A stretch of 59,386 nucleotides of DNA, filler included. It is 8 parts of 8 records of this genome, joined end to end, with 100 filler letters (N's around TTAATTAATTAA, not from the genome) between each part and the next. Parts side by side here need not be neighbours in the genome. Positions count along the whole stretch, not along the records: positions 8,859 to 21,228 come from SRR31156797_31899; positions 21,329 to 28,055 come from SRR31156797_31906; positions 28,156 to 34,633 come from SRR31156797_31908; 5 more parts are not named here. The stretch is one strand, 5' to 3'. Below are positions 19,978-30,637 of the stretch, piece by piece (the first letter of the stretch is position 1; each line of letters opens with the position of its first letter). The position numbers and the translations under genes were made by a program. The notes under the pieces were generated by a model. The model had not been told where the DNA came from, did no database searches, and saw only the letters and a list, made by a program, of their open reading frames with translations.

Positions 19978-20685
19978 TTAAAATACAAATCGCACCTGCA
20001 TTCCCAGGCTATTAAAACCTCCATACATAGGTTGAATGGATGGCTCCAGGTGCATGCTCAGGTCATTGCTTACGTCAAAGGTTTTAAAGTGAGCATCAAC
20101 ACTGGCATCAACCAGGTTTATAACATATGCTAATGCTAAACCAACGTAGCTCATGTCTCTGTATTTTTTGTAATACTTCTTTTTGCTCTCTAGTGCGCTT
20201 TCGTACCAATCGGCATAGGATGCATCAATACTCAAACGGTATTCATGGTCTTCGCGAGACATTCCCCGTGGTCTTACATTTTTATTTAAATAACTCGTAT
20301 TGCCGGGATCTTGAAGAAGATAATCTCGGTATGCTCTTCTGTATTTATTGTAGTTCTGAGTATTGAAATTTAATCCATATATCACACCACCTATTCCTCC
20401 ATATAGCAAAGGAATCTTCCAGTACTTTTTGTTATAAGCCTGACCTAATCCCGGTAAAATAGCCGAGTAAAAGGTAGCTTTATGAGGGGAGTGAGGTTTC
20501 ACTACCACAGGTTCTGCAATTATGGTATCTGCTGAAATAATATTTACCTCACCGCGCTGTGCCAATATTTGATGAGAATAGCTGGATGCTGCAATAATTA
20601 AAGCAATCAGGAATTTGATCCTATATTTATTCACCGATAAAAAATTCAAATAAGTACTTTTTTTAATTGGTGCTGCTAACAGCAA
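19978..20685 (-). CDS. DUF5683-like protein (start uncertain)
   Basis: HSPHKATFYSAILPGLGQAYNKKYWKIP...NLVDASVDAH; usual Bacteroidota position next to parB. Confidence 0.75.
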   Translation of the reverse strand: MLLAAPIKKSTYLNFLSVNKYRIKFLIALIIAASSYSHQILAQRGEVNIISADTIIAEPVVVKPHSPHKATFYSAILPGLGQAYNKKYWKIPLLYGGIGGVIYGLNFNTQNYNKYRRAYRDYLLQDPGNTSYLNKNVRPRGMSREDHEYRLSIDASYADWYESALESKKKYYKKYRDMSYVGLALAYVINLVDASVDAHFKTFDVSNDLSMHLEPSIQPMYGGFNSLGMQVRFVF

Positions 20686-20688
20686 AAA

Positions 20689-21228
20689 CTATTCCTTACT
20701 ATTGATCTTATCCATAATGGCAATAATTCTTTCTAAATCTTCATCCGATTTAAAAGGAATTACAATTTTACCATTGCCTTTTTCATTTCTTGTGAATTGA
20801 ACTTTTGCATCAAAAACGGAAGACATCTGGTTACTCAATTGTTTGTACTCCTCAGGAAGATCCGTTTTTTCTTTTTTAGGCTCTTTTTCTTCCTTCGGTT
20901 TATTCATATCACGAACGATTTCCTCTACTTTTCTAACCGAGTAATCATTGGCCACAATTTCTTCGTAAATATCAATTTGAGTTTCTGCGTCATCAATATT
21001 AATGATGGCACGTGCATGTCCCATGCTTAATTTTTTATCGCGCAATCCCAATTGAATTTCTCCGGGAAGTTTTAATAAACGAAGGTAGTTGGTTACGGTA
21101 GCTCGCTTTTTACCTACACGCTCCGACATGCTTTCCTGTGTAAGATTACATTCGTCTATTAATCTTTGATAACTGATGGCAATTTCAATCGGATCTAAAT
21201 CTTCACGCTGAATATTCTCAACCAAAGC
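20689..21228 (-). CDS. parB: ParB/Spo0J partition protein, 5' truncated
   Basis: ALVENIQREDLDPIEIA, TQE...VGKKRATVTNYLRLL, SMGHARA. Confidence 0.92.
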   Translation of the reverse strand, partial: ALVENIQREDLDPIEIAISYQRLIDECNLTQESMSERVGKKRATVTNYLRLLKLPGEIQLGLRDKKLSMGHARAIINIDDAETQIDIYEEIVANDYSVRKVEEIVRDMNKPKEEKEPKKEKTDLPEEYKQLSNQMSSVFDAKVQFTRNEKGNGKIVIPFKSDEDLERIIAIMDKINSKE

Positions 21229-21328
21229 NNNNNNNNNNNNNNNNNNNNNNNNNNNNNNNNNNNNNNNNNNNNTTAATTAATTAANNNNNNNNNNNNNNNN
21301 NNNNNNNNNNNNNNNNNNNNNNNNNNNN
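21229..21328. other. Artificial contig spacer 2
   Basis: N44-TTAATTAATTAA-N44. Confidence 0.98.
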
Positions 21329-21329
21329 C

Positions 21330-21539
21330 CAGGCCCTGGAGCAGGGAAAGCCCGAAAACATCGTGGACAAGATCGTAGACGGACAGATTCAGAAATTCTA
21401 CAAGGATTCCTGTCTCATGAGCCAGCCCTACATCAGAGAGCCCAAAAAATCGATCGCAGAGATTACCACTGAGGCAATTGCCAAGATCGGTGAGAATATC
21501 CAGATCAAGAGATTTGCACGTTTTCAGATAGGAGAGTAA
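21330..21539 (+). CDS. tsf: Elongation factor Ts, C-terminal fragment
   Basis: Manual translation QALEQGKPENIVDKIVDGQIQKFY...IAKIGENIQIKRFARFQIGE*. Confidence 0.92.
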   Translation, partial: QALEQGKPENIVDKIVDGQIQKFYKDSCLMSQPYIREPKKSIAEITTEAIAKIGENIQIKRFARFQIGE

Positions 21540-21542
21540 ACT

Positions 21543-22265
21543 TTGGAGAGGAAACCTGAATTTGACAGGATTCTGATCAAGCTTTCCGGAGAAGCCCTGA
21601 TGGGAGATCAGGGCTTCGGTATCAAACCGGAGATGATCAGTTACGTTGCCGGAGAGGTAGCAGAAGTACACAGAATGGGAGTCCAGGTTTCCATGGTTGT
21701 CGGAGGCGGCAACATCTTCAGGGGCGTCGCTGGAAGCTCTGCAGGAATGGACAGGGCTTCCGCCGATAACATGGGAATGCTGGCTACCGTCATCAACAGT
21801 CTTGCGCTCTCAGACGCTCTCGAAAAACATGGGGTGCCAACCCGGGTTCAGTCGGCAATCGAAATGAACCGGATTGCGGAACCATTTATCCGCAGGAAGG
21901 CAGAACGCCATCTGGAAAAGGGCCGTGCCGTCATTTTTGCGGCCGGAACCGGCAACCCCTACTTCACCACCGATACGGCTGCTGTGCTCCGGGCCCAGGA
22001 GATCCAGGCCCAGATCCTGTTCAAGGCAACCCAGGTGGACGGTGTCTATGACAAGGATCCCGCCATCCACGATGATGCGGTCTTTATCAAGGAACTGTCC
22101 TACATGGAGGTGCTGGAAAAACAGCTCCACGTAATGGATCTGACCGCCATCTCCCTTGCCATGGACAATGATCTGCCCCTTCAGGTCTTTGATCTCCACA
22201 CTAAGGGAAACATCGCAAAGGCCGTTACCGGAAACGATGTTGGAACCCGGATCTACAACAATTGA
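21543..22265 (+). CDS. pyrH: UMP kinase
   Basis: [29 protein letters not shown]. Confidence 0.96.
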   Translation: MERKPEFDRILIKLSGEALMGDQGFGIKPEMISYVAGEVAEVHRMGVQVSMVVGGGNIFRGVAGSSAGMDRASADNMGMLATVINSLALSDALEKHGVPTRVQSAIEMNRIAEPFIRRKAERHLEKGRAVIFAAGTGNPYFTTDTAAVLRAQEIQAQILFKATQVDGVYDKDPAIHDDAVFIKELSYMEVLEKQLHVMDLTAISLAMDNDLPLQVFDLHTKGNIAKAVTGNDVGTRIYNN

Positions 22266-22323
22266 TTGTTGGTGAAACACTCTTCTCCACTTGTTAAAAT
22301 TTAAATAATAGGGGTGATGCATT

Positions 22324-22881
22324 ATGATAAAAGAGGTATGCCAGGAGGCCCGCGACAGGATGACCAAGTCTGTCCAGGCCCTTGAAAAAGAGATGACCCG
22401 GGTTCGTACCGGCCGGGCAACCATGACCATGCTCGACGGCGTTAAGGTGGACTATTACGGAACCTTGACCCCATTGAACCAGATGGCCTCCGTTGCCATT
22501 CCCGAGAGCCGGTTGATCACGGTTCAGCCTTGGGATGTCAGCGCCATCAAAGAGGTTGAAAAGGGGATTCTCAAGGCAAACCTGGGTCTTACCCCTTCAA
22601 GTGACGGAAAGATCATCCGGATCTCCATTCCTCCCCTTACCGAGGAACGGAGAAAGGAGATCGCCAAAACCGTTCACAGCACTTGTGAAGATTTCAAGAT
22701 AGCCGTTCGAAACATCCGTCGGGACAGCAACGATACCCTTAAGTCCCTTCAAAAGGACGGGGATATTTCCGAGGATGAGAACTTCAAGGCTCAGAAGCAG
22801 ATCCAGGAGATCACGGACGAGTTTGTAAAAAAGATCGACGGTGTTTTTGGCGCCAAAGAGAAGGAAATCCTTGAAATCTGA
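22324..22881 (+). CDS. frr: Ribosome recycling factor
   Basis: RTGRA, VDYYG, PPLTEERRKE, VRNIRRD. Confidence 0.96.
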   Translation: MIKEVCQEARDRMTKSVQALEKEMTRVRTGRATMTMLDGVKVDYYGTLTPLNQMASVAIPESRLITVQPWDVSAIKEVEKGILKANLGLTPSSDGKIIRISIPPLTEERRKEIAKTVHSTCEDFKIAVRNIRRDSNDTLKSLQKDGDISEDENFKAQKQIQEITDEFVKKIDGVFGAKEKEILEI

Positions 22882-23638
22882 TCCGGCCGAATCATACGGC
22901 ATTGATTTAGAAAAACTCCCCCGGCACGTTGCCGTCATCATGGACGGCAACGGCAGGTGGGCAAAAAAGCGGCTTATGAACCGGGTCAACGGGCATAGGC
23001 AGGGATCTGAAACGGTCCGCACCATTGTCACCGCCTGTCGGGAACTGGGAATAGAGGTCCTGACCCTCTACGCCTTTTCAACCGAAAACTGGTCTCGCCC
23101 TGCCGCAGAGGTGACTGCCCTCATGGGGCTTCTCAAACGATTCCTGCGCTCCGAACAGGATGACCTGAACCGCAAGGGAATCCGCCTCAACATCATCGGC
23201 CAGAAGCACCGGTTACCCGCCGATGTGCAGGCAGAGATCGATGGCGCCACCTCCAAGACCCGCAACAACACCGGCATGATCCTGAACCTCGCCTTGAGTT
23301 ACGGGGGGCGGGAGGAGATTACCATGGCGGCGAAAGGGCTTGCAGAGGATCTCGCCTCTGGAAAAATCCTTGCCGACGATATTACGGAAATAGCCTTGGC
23401 CGACCGGCTCTATACCGGTGGTATGCCGGATCCCGATATTGTCATCCGAACCAGCGGGGAGATGCGCTTGAGCAATTTTCTGCTGTGGCAGGCAGCCTAC
23501 GCTGAAATTTTTATCACTGATACCTTGTGGCCCGATTTTTCCAAACAGGAATTTCTCGATATTGTCAGGGAATATCAGACCCGGGACCGCAGGTACGGAA
23601 AGGTTGTATGCACCTCAAACGATGGCTCACAGCAATAG
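22871..23638 (+). CDS. uppS: Undecaprenyl diphosphate synthase
   Basis: HVAVIMDGNGRWA, YAFSTENWSR, RTSGEMRLSNFLLWQ. Start TTG 22871. Confidence 0.95.
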   Translation: MKSDPAESYGIDLEKLPRHVAVIMDGNGRWAKKRLMNRVNGHRQGSETVRTIVTACRELGIEVLTLYAFSTENWSRPAAEVTALMGLLKRFLRSEQDDLNRKGIRLNIIGQKHRLPADVQAEIDGATSKTRNNTGMILNLALSYGGREEITMAAKGLAEDLASGKILADDITEIALADRLYTGGMPDPDIVIRTSGEMRLSNFLLWQAAYAEIFITDTLWPDFSKQEFLDIVREYQTRDRRYGKVVCTSNDGSQQ

Positions 23639-24411
23639 TTCTTGTTCCCCTCCTATTTTTCATCCTGTTAAAAGGAACCCCGGTCGCCTTCTCGATCCTG
23701 GTGGCCCTGGTTACCCTTCTCGGCCTGAAAGAGTATTTCTCCATCATCGGCGCAGTTGGCGCTAAAATCCCGCTTTCAGTTTCGATTCCAGCCTATGGCA
23801 TGGGGCTGGCCGTCATTTGGGCCGCCCATACCGCAGGCGCCGGAGGCGCCCTTGCAATGGTTGCCTTCAACCTTGTTCTGCTCGCCCTGGTGGTGATTTT
23901 TCAATTTTCTCCGGATTCGTCGATTCTTGATTCCGTGGGAAAAGAGATCCAGGGGATCGTCTATCTTCCCATGTTCCTGTCATTCCTCGTCCTGATCCGG
24001 AATTCGGACCAGGGAGCGGTCTGGGTCATCTGGACGTTTCTCATTATCGCTGCAAGCGACACGGGCGCCTACTATTGCGGCACCCATTTCGGCAAGCGCC
24101 CCCTGGCCCCCAGGGTAAGCCCCAAGAAGACGATTGAGGGATCTGCCGCCGGGATCGCTTCCGCCCTTGTCATCGGGCTTTGCTTCAGCCAGCTCTTTGT
24201 CACGGGTGTCTCTCCCCTCCAGGCGATATTGTTTTCAATCATCGCAGCCGCTGCCGGGCAGGTGGGGGACCTCTTTGAATCGGCATTGAAACGCAGGGGC
24301 AAGATCAAGGATTCCGGATCAATTCTACCCGGTCACGGCGGAATCCTGGACCGGATCGACGGTCTCATATTCGCCCTGCCCATCGCCTTTGCGTTCAAGA
24401 CCCTATTGTGA
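23608..24411 (+). CDS. cdsA: Phosphatidate cytidylyltransferase
   Basis: SDTGAY, SPKKTIEG, GDLFESALKR..KIKDSG.ILPGHGGILDRID. Confidence 0.95.
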   Translation: MHLKRWLTAIVLVPLLFFILLKGTPVAFSILVALVTLLGLKEYFSIIGAVGAKIPLSVSIPAYGMGLAVIWAAHTAGAGGALAMVAFNLVLLALVVIFQFSPDSSILDSVGKEIQGIVYLPMFLSFLVLIRNSDQGAVWVIWTFLIIAASDTGAYYCGTHFGKRPLAPRVSPKKTIEGSAAGIASALVIGLCFSQLFVTGVSPLQAILFSIIAAAAGQVGDLFESALKRRGKIKDSGSILPGHGGILDRIDGLIFALPIAFAFKTLL

Positions 24412-24424
24412 TTATTGACAGATT

Positions 24425-25573
24425 ATGAAAAGACTATCCATCCTAGGTTCCACCGGTTCCATCGGAACCAGCGCCCTTGATGTCGTTGCCATGCACCCGG
24501 ACCGGTTTGATGTGAGGGTGCTTGCCGCGGCAACCAATGTGGATCTCCTTGCCCGCCAGATCGAGCTCTTTAAACCCGAAACCGTGGTGGTGATCGATGA
24601 GCACCATGCCAAAAAACTGAGGGAGCGGGTTACCGGAAACCATATCCCCGAGATCGTGTTTGGTGATCAGGGGTACGCCCATGCCGCAAGCCACGACAAT
24701 GTCGATATGGTGTTGCTGGCCATGGTGGGCGCCGCCGGCCTCATGCCGGCCATTGCCGCCATCGAGGCGCAAAAAGAGGTCGCCCTTGCCAACAAGGAGA
24801 CCCTTGTGATGGCGGGGGAGCTCGTCATGGGCCTGGCAAGGGAAAAGGGCGTGACCATCCTTCCGGTGGACAGCGAACATTCCGCCATATTCCAGTGCCT
24901 TGCCGGAAACCGGGACCGGGACGCCAAAAAGATTTTTCTCACAGCCTCGGGCGGTCCGTTTCGCAACACACCGGCCGAACGGTTTCCTTTGATCCGGCCC
25001 GAGGACGCCCTGAGTCACCCCACCTGGAACATGGGGTGCAAGATTTCCATCGATTCCGCCACCCTCATGAACAAGGGGCTGGAGATCATCGAGGCGGTTC
25101 ACCTTTTTGACATGCCGGTGGACCGGGTGGAGGTGCTGGTGCACCCCCAGAGCATCGTGCACTCAATGGTCGGATACAATGACGGGTCTGTCATGGCCCA
25201 GATGGGTGTGCCGGACATGAAGACCGCCATCTCGTTGGCCTTTTCCTGGCCGGAACGCCTCGACCTCGGCCTGGATTTCCCTGATTTCACTTCCCTGAAG
25301 GGGCTCATGTTCGAGGCCCCGGATACAGAACGATTCCCCTCCATCGGATTTGCCGTTGAGGCGTGCACCCGGAAGGGCACCCTGCCTGCTGTCATGAACG
25401 CGGCCAACGAGGTTGCGGTTGATGCATTTCTTGGTTCAAAAATCGATTTTCCCGGGATTTTCAGGATTGTCGAGACCACCATGACCAGACACAACAGGGT
25501 TGACTCTCCCACGCTTTCCGATATTATTGAAGCAGACCGTTGGGCCAGGCATACGGCCGAAGCCCTAATTTAG
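24425..25573 (+). CDS. dxr: 1-deoxy-D-xylulose 5-phosphate reductoisomerase
   Basis: LGSTGSIG, LANKETLV, PVDSEHSA, TASGGPF, NAANE. Confidence 0.96.
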   Translation: MKRLSILGSTGSIGTSALDVVAMHPDRFDVRVLAAATNVDLLARQIELFKPETVVVIDEHHAKKLRERVTGNHIPEIVFGDQGYAHAASHDNVDMVLLAMVGAAGLMPAIAAIEAQKEVALANKETLVMAGELVMGLAREKGVTILPVDSEHSAIFQCLAGNRDRDAKKIFLTASGGPFRNTPAERFPLIRPEDALSHPTWNMGCKISIDSATLMNKGLEIIEAVHLFDMPVDRVEVLVHPQSIVHSMVGYNDGSVMAQMGVPDMKTAISLAFSWPERLDLGLDFPDFTSLKGLMFEAPDTERFPSIGFAVEACTRKGTLPAVMNAANEVAVDAFLGSKIDFPGIFRIVETTMTRHNRVDSPTLSDIIEADRWARHTAEALI

Positions 25574-25586
25574 CAAGGAAGGTATT

Positions 25587-26657
25587 ATGGGTCATTCATT
25601 GGTTGCATTTGTGGTTGTTCTTGGTGTTCTGATTTTTTTCCACGAGTTGGGCCATTTCCTGGTGGCGCGGCTGTTCGGTGTCGGGGTAGAAACATTTTCC
25701 CTGGGATTCGGACCCAAGGTTTACAAAAAAAAGATCGGAATGACCGATTACTGCCTTTCCATGGTTCCCCTGGGCGGATACGTGAAGATGGTGGGTGAGG
25801 ATCCGGATGCCAGGATTGCCGACAAGGATCTCTCCCTTTCGTTCACCCACAAGAAGCTCTACCAGAAGAGCCTTATCGTTGCTGCTGGTCCGGTGTTCAA
25901 CTTCCTGCTTGCCATTCTGATCTTCTACGTCCTGTTTCAGGTATCCGGCAGCTATTATGTCAAAGCCGTGGTGGGAACGGTGGCTGATGATTCTCCGGCG
26001 CTTTCCGCCGGTATCAAGCCCGGGGACCAGATTGTGGGCATTGACGGAAACGAGGTCCGTTCCTGGGACGACATGGTTGCCCTCATTGGCGAGGCCAAGG
26101 GGACTTCCCTTGAGATCCTTATCAAAAGGGGTGATCAGCACCTGAGTTTCAACGTTGTTCCGGCAAAATCGACCACCACCAATATCTTTGGGGAAACCAT
26201 TGAAAAGCCCATGATCGGTATTTCCGCTTCGGGGGATACTGTACATGAACGCCTCAACCCAATCCAGGCCATGGGAACAGCTTTGGTGCGGACCTGGGAT
26301 ATCATCCGGCTTACGGTTCTCTCCGTGGTGAAGATCTTCAGTGGCTCGGTTTCTCCCAAAACCCTGGGCGGACCCATCATGATCGCCCAGATTGCAGGGC
26401 AGCAGGCACAGGCCGGCATTGCCAACCTGGCCTTTTTCATTGCCATGCTGAGTATCAACCTTGGCATCATCAATCTTTTCCCCGTGCCGGTGCTTGACGG
26501 CGGCCACCTCTTCTTCTTCGGCGTCGAGGCACTCACCGGAAAACCCGCAAGCGAGGGACTTCGGGAAAAAGCCAACCAGTTCGGTATCGTGCTTCTCCTG
26601 GCCCTCATGGTATTCGTTTTTTATAATGATATACTAAGACTTTTTAATGGTGGATAA
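25587..26657 (+). CDS. rseP: RIP metalloprotease RseP
   Basis: HELGH, PDZ domain, NLFPVPVLDGG. Confidence 0.93.
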   Translation: MGHSLVAFVVVLGVLIFFHELGHFLVARLFGVGVETFSLGFGPKVYKKKIGMTDYCLSMVPLGGYVKMVGEDPDARIADKDLSLSFTHKKLYQKSLIVAAGPVFNFLLAILIFYVLFQVSGSYYVKAVVGTVADDSPALSAGIKPGDQIVGIDGNEVRSWDDMVALIGEAKGTSLEILIKRGDQHLSFNVVPAKSTTTNIFGETIEKPMIGISASGDTVHERLNPIQAMGTALVRTWDIIRLTVLSVVKIFSGSVSPKTLGGPIMIAQIAGQQAQAGIANLAFFIAMLSINLGIINLFPVPVLDGGHLFFFGVEALTGKPASEGLREKANQFGIVLLLALMVFVFYNDILRLFNGG

Positions 26658-26696
26658 TTTAATAATGATATACTAAGACTTTCAATGGTGGATAAT
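26623..26696 (+). repeat. Near-perfect ~35-nt direct duplication of the rseP 3' end
   Basis: ATAATGATATACTAAGACTTTTTAATGGTGGATAAT (26623-26658) versus ATAATGATATACTAAGACTTTCAATGGTGGATAAT (26662-26696). Confidence 0.9.
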
Positions 26697-28055
26697 ATGA
26701 TCTCCTGTATCGAGATTGCTTTAAAGCCCGAACTTTTTGATGCGGAAGCCGCAAGTCTGAAAAAAAAGGCCTTTAATTATTTCAATGTCGACGTTTTGGA
26801 TGTCAGAACCATCAACCTTGTTACCCTGGATGCAAATTTCACCCAGGATCAGCTTAGAACCATAAAGGATGAAATCCTTACCAACCCCGTGACCCAGGTC
26901 TCCTCCCTCACTCCCCTGGATTTTGAATTTGACTGGTGCATCTGGATCGGCCTCCGGCCCGGGGTCCGGGACAATCCGGCCAGCACGGCCGTGGAGGCCG
27001 TGGAAGATCTGCTGAAGCGCAAGTTTTTGCCGGAAGAGGGGGTGTACACCTCGAAACGGTACACCATCAAGGGAGACGGCCTCACCCGGGAACAGATGGA
27101 GACCCTGGCCAGGGAACTTCTGTCCAACCATATCATTCAACAGTGGAAGGTGTTTTCCGCCGACCAGTGGGATCCGGAGACCGGCGCCGGCACAAAGCCC
27201 GCCAAGGTGCTGCTGGACCACGAGCCCGAGTTCGCCGTGGTGAGCATCGGCTCGGACCGGGAACTCCAGGAGATCAGCGACCAGCGGAACCTGGCCCTCA
27301 ATCCCAGGGACATCCCGGTGATCCGGGAGTATTTCCTGGATCCCCAAGTGCGCAAGTCAAGGGAGAAAGCCGGTCTTGCCGAGCCCACGGATGTGGAGCT
27401 CGAGTATATCTCCCAGGCGCGGAGCGACCACTGCAACCACAACACCTTCCAGGGGGTGTTCACCTACCTTGACAGCGAAACCGGCGAAACCTGCATTGAA
27501 GCCAACCTCTTCAAGACCTACATCAAAGATCCCACCCTCGAGCTCAAGGACCGGAAACCCTGGGTGGTGTCGGTGCTCTGGGACAATGCCGGTGTGGGCC
27601 GCTTTGACGAAACAAACAATTACGTAATCACGGGCGAGACCCATAATTCTCCCTCCAACATGGAGGCATACGGCGGGGCCATCACCGGTATCGTCGGCGT
27701 CTACCGGGATCCCATGGGCACGGGCCTGGGGTCGAGGCTCATCATGGGAAGCTATGGATACTGCGTCGGGGAGATCGACTATGACGGCCCCCTGACACCG
27801 CCCCTTCATCCCAGGCGGCTCCTGGACGGGGTTGTGGAAGGGGTCAAGGACGGCGGCAACAAGAGCGGCGTGCCCACCACCTTCGGCCAGACCCTGTTCA
27901 ACAGCGGCTACATGGGAAAGAGCCTGGTGTTTGTCACGGCCCTGGGCATCATGCCGGCAAAAGTACAGGATCAGCCCAGCCATGAAAAGGCCACCCATCC
28001 CGGGGATCTCATTGTCATGAGCGGGGGCAGGGTCGGCAAGGACGGCATCCACGGG
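26697..28055 (+). CDS. purL: FGAM synthase PurL with PurS-like N-terminal region, 3' truncated
   Basis: QARSDHCNH, ETHNSPS..EAYGGAITG, GGNKSGVPT, GGRVGKDGIHG. Confidence 0.9.
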
Positions 28056-28155
28056 NNNNNNNNNNNNNNNNNNNNNNNNNNNNNNNNNNNNNNNNNNNNT
28101 TAATTAATTAANNNNNNNNNNNNNNNNNNNNNNNNNNNNNNNNNNNNNNNNNNNN
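28056..28155. other. Artificial contig spacer 3
   Basis: N44-TTAATTAATTAA-N44. Confidence 0.98.
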
Positions 28156-28426
28156 ATTTGCCCATCCAGAATCCATCCACACAGACCTTGCGCTGCGGGC
28201 CTTCATGTTCCAAGTGCCCTTTCTCCGATTTAGGTGATCCCATCATGAAGCAGCCTGCCTGAATCCAGACAAACTCCATGCCGGTGAATGGTTCTATCCA
28301 TTCCCTGCCAGCTATCGCAGCAAAAGCCATCCATTGCGCATCAAGTTCATTTTCATAGGCATGGGCCTGCATGGTTATAGATAGTGCGCCCCAGAGGACA
28401 GTTATGGTCAGTATGAATTGTTTCAT
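28156..28426 (-). CDS. Formylglycine-generating enzyme (SUMF1/FGE-sulfatase) family protein, 3' truncated
   Basis: Signal peptide; TGMEFVWIQAGCFMMGS...EGPQRKVCVDGFWMGK. Confidence 0.8.
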
Positions 28427-28491
28427 TCTTCACCTGCCTGATGGTTTGTATAAAAGTATACTTGATGAGGGCTGTTTTAGGAAGGATGATC

Positions 28492-28532
28492 AAAGAAAAA
28501 GCCGCCAGTTTCGAACTGACGGCTTATTCTTT
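28492..28532 (-). terminator. Terminator downstream of glf
   Basis: AAGCCGCCAGTT-TCG-AACTGACGGCTT hairpin with an A-tract on its left. Confidence 0.65.
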
Positions 28533-28551
28533 GTGATATGTGGGTAGCGGT

Positions 28552-29679
28552 TTAGCTTAGTTCCCGGTCGCAAAATTCCAATGCGGCCAGCACGGCTTTG
28601 TCCATGTCGTAGTATTTATACTGTCCCAGCCTGCCGAGGAAGTGCACATTTTCCAGCTTATCAGCTTTGATTTTGTATAGTTCGTGCCGCTTGCGGTCTT
28701 CATCTGTATTGACCGGGTAGTATGGCTCTTCTCCCTGTTTCCATTTTGTGGAAAATTCGCGTGCTGTGACGGTTTTGCCGCTTTCATTTCCCCTTTCCGG
28801 GTGCAGGTGTTGGTATTCGTGGATACGGGTATAGGGCACGTCAATATCCGCGTAATTCATGACCGATGTGCCCTGATAATCTTTTACCTCTTCAATCCGG
28901 TATTCAAAACGCAGGGAACGCCAGGTCAGTTCACCGTGGCAGTAGTCAAAATATTTGTCTACCGGTCCGGTATAATAGATCTTGCAGTTGTTGGGGACTA
29001 TCCGTTTCAGGTCGAAGAAATCTGCGTTGAGTTTGGTTTCAATCCGTTCATGGTCCAGCATGCGTTCGAATAATTTTGTATAGCCGTCCCAAGGAATGCC
29101 CTGATAGCGGTCAGTAAAGTAATCGCATTCATAGGTATGCCGGAAGGGCAACCGGGTAATAATTGATGCATCCAGTTCTTTGGGGTCGCACTCCCATTGC
29201 TTCAGGGTGTATCCCTTGACGAAAGCCTCATACAATTCACGGCCAACCAGGCTGATTGCTTTTTCTTCAAGGTTTTGCGGATCAGTGATGTTTTCTTCAG
29301 CACTTTTGCTCTGGATAAAGTCTTCCACTTCATGCGGTTTCAAGCTGATGCCGAAGAACGAATTGATGGTCTGTAAGTTGACCGGCATATGAAAGGTACG
29401 GCCCTGATAGGTGGTCACTACCTTATGTCTGTAACCGTTGAATTCTGTAAATCGATTTAAAAAATCCCAGACCCGTCGTTCTTTGGTATGGAAAATATGG
29501 GTGCCGTAGCTGTGGAATTCAATGCCCGTTTCGTCATTGATCCGGCTGTGGCAGTTGCCGCCGATGTGGTCGCGCTTATCAATGACCAGAGCTTTCTCGC
29601 CTAAGTTATCGGCAATGTGTCTCGCAACAGTACAACCGGTAATCCCGGCACCAACTATAAGATGTTTGAAATTTTCCAT
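28552..29679 (-). CDS. glf: UDP-galactopyranose mutase
   Basis: VGAGITG, HIGGNC, HSYGTHIFHT, YTRIHEY, EPYYP, GRLGQYKYYDMD. Confidence 0.95.
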   Translation of the reverse strand: MENFKHLIVGAGITGCTVARHIADNLGEKALVIDKRDHIGGNCHSRINDETGIEFHSYGTHIFHTKERRVWDFLNRFTEFNGYRHKVVTTYQGRTFHMPVNLQTINSFFGISLKPHEVEDFIQSKSAEENITDPQNLEEKAISLVGRELYEAFVKGYTLKQWECDPKELDASIITRLPFRHTYECDYFTDRYQGIPWDGYTKLFERMLDHERIETKLNADFFDLKRIVPNNCKIYYTGPVDKYFDYCHGELTWRSLRFEYRIEEVKDYQGTSVMNYADIDVPYTRIHEYQHLHPERGNESGKTVTAREFSTKWKQGEEPYYPVNTDEDRKRHELYKIKADKLENVHFLGRLGQYKYYDMDKAVLAALEFCDRELS

Positions 29680-29702
29680 TCTAAGTCTCCGGCAAAAGAT
29701 TA

Positions 29703-29736
29703 AAGCCCGTAATATCTTTTAAGATACTACGGGCTT
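29703..29736 (-). terminator. Hairpin/terminator downstream of hflC
   Basis: AAGCCCGTAATATCTT...AAGATACTACGGGCTT. Confidence 0.55.
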
Positions 29737-29765
29737 ATTCTTTAGGTGTCGAGCTTGCTAAGCAA

Positions 29766-30626
29766 CTACTTCATGTACTTCAAGAACGGGTTGTCCTGTG
29801 AGAGGATCAGCTTAGTTTTTCCAGCCCTGAATCCTTTTTCGTAGGCTTCGAGAGATTTCTGGAATTCATAGAAGCGCGGGTCTTTGCCGAAGCTTTCGGC
29901 GTAGGTTTTGGTTGCGATTGCATCACCTTCACCTCGCAGGATGTCGGCCTTGAGGTTCGCTTCAGCAAATAGGATGGTCCTTTCCTTGTCGGCCTGAGCA
30001 GTGATGCGGGCCGCTGCTTCACTACCCTGTGAGCGGTACTGCTTGGCCATACGTTCGCGTTCAGCCCGCATACGTCCGTAAATAGCACGGGCGTTTTCAG
30101 GCGGAAGGTCGGTACGTTTGATGCGAACATCAAGAACTTCAATACCGTAAGGCTTGAGCAGACTGTTTGAGGTATGGCTAACCTCTTCCATGATGGAAGT
30201 ACGGTCGCTGGAGATGATCTCGATCAGCGTGTAACGACCAAGGGCGACGCGTAGTTCTGCGTAGATAATATCATCCAACCGGGCCTGAGCACGGGGGATG
30301 GAACGTACGGTGCGGTAAAACAACAAGGGGTCGGCAATGCGCCACTTGGAGTAGTTATCCACAACCATGTTTTTCTTGTCTTTGGTCAGGATTTCAGCCG
30401 GACGGGCGTCATATTCCAGAAGGCGTGAATCAAAGTAGATTACGTTCTGGACAAAAGGCAGCTTGAAATGCAGCCCCGGTCCCATGGGTCCGGATTTGGG
30501 CTTACCGAGCTGGAGCACAATGGCCTTCTCGGTCTGCTTAACAATATATGCACTCTGTGCAATCCCCAGTACGGCAACAATAATCAGAATTGCCAGGGGA
30601 GCGGAACTTTTTTTGAGTAAACTCAT
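29766..30626 (-). CDS. hflC: FtsH modulator HflC
   Basis: SPFH domain, PGLHFKLPF, DVRIKRTDLP, RMRAERER, FYEFQKSLEAY. Confidence 0.93.
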   Translation of the reverse strand: MSLLKKSSAPLAILIIVAVLGIAQSAYIVKQTEKAIVLQLGKPKSGPMGPGLHFKLPFVQNVIYFDSRLLEYDARPAEILTKDKKNMVVDNYSKWRIADPLLFYRTVRSIPRAQARLDDIIYAELRVALGRYTLIEIISSDRTSIMEEVSHTSNSLLKPYGIEVLDVRIKRTDLPPENARAIYGRMRAERERMAKQYRSQGSEAAARITAQADKERTILFAEANLKADILRGEGDAIATKTYAESFGKDPRFYEFQKSLEAYEKGFRAGKTKLILSQDNPFLKYMK

Positions 30627-30637
30627 ATTCTTATCCC

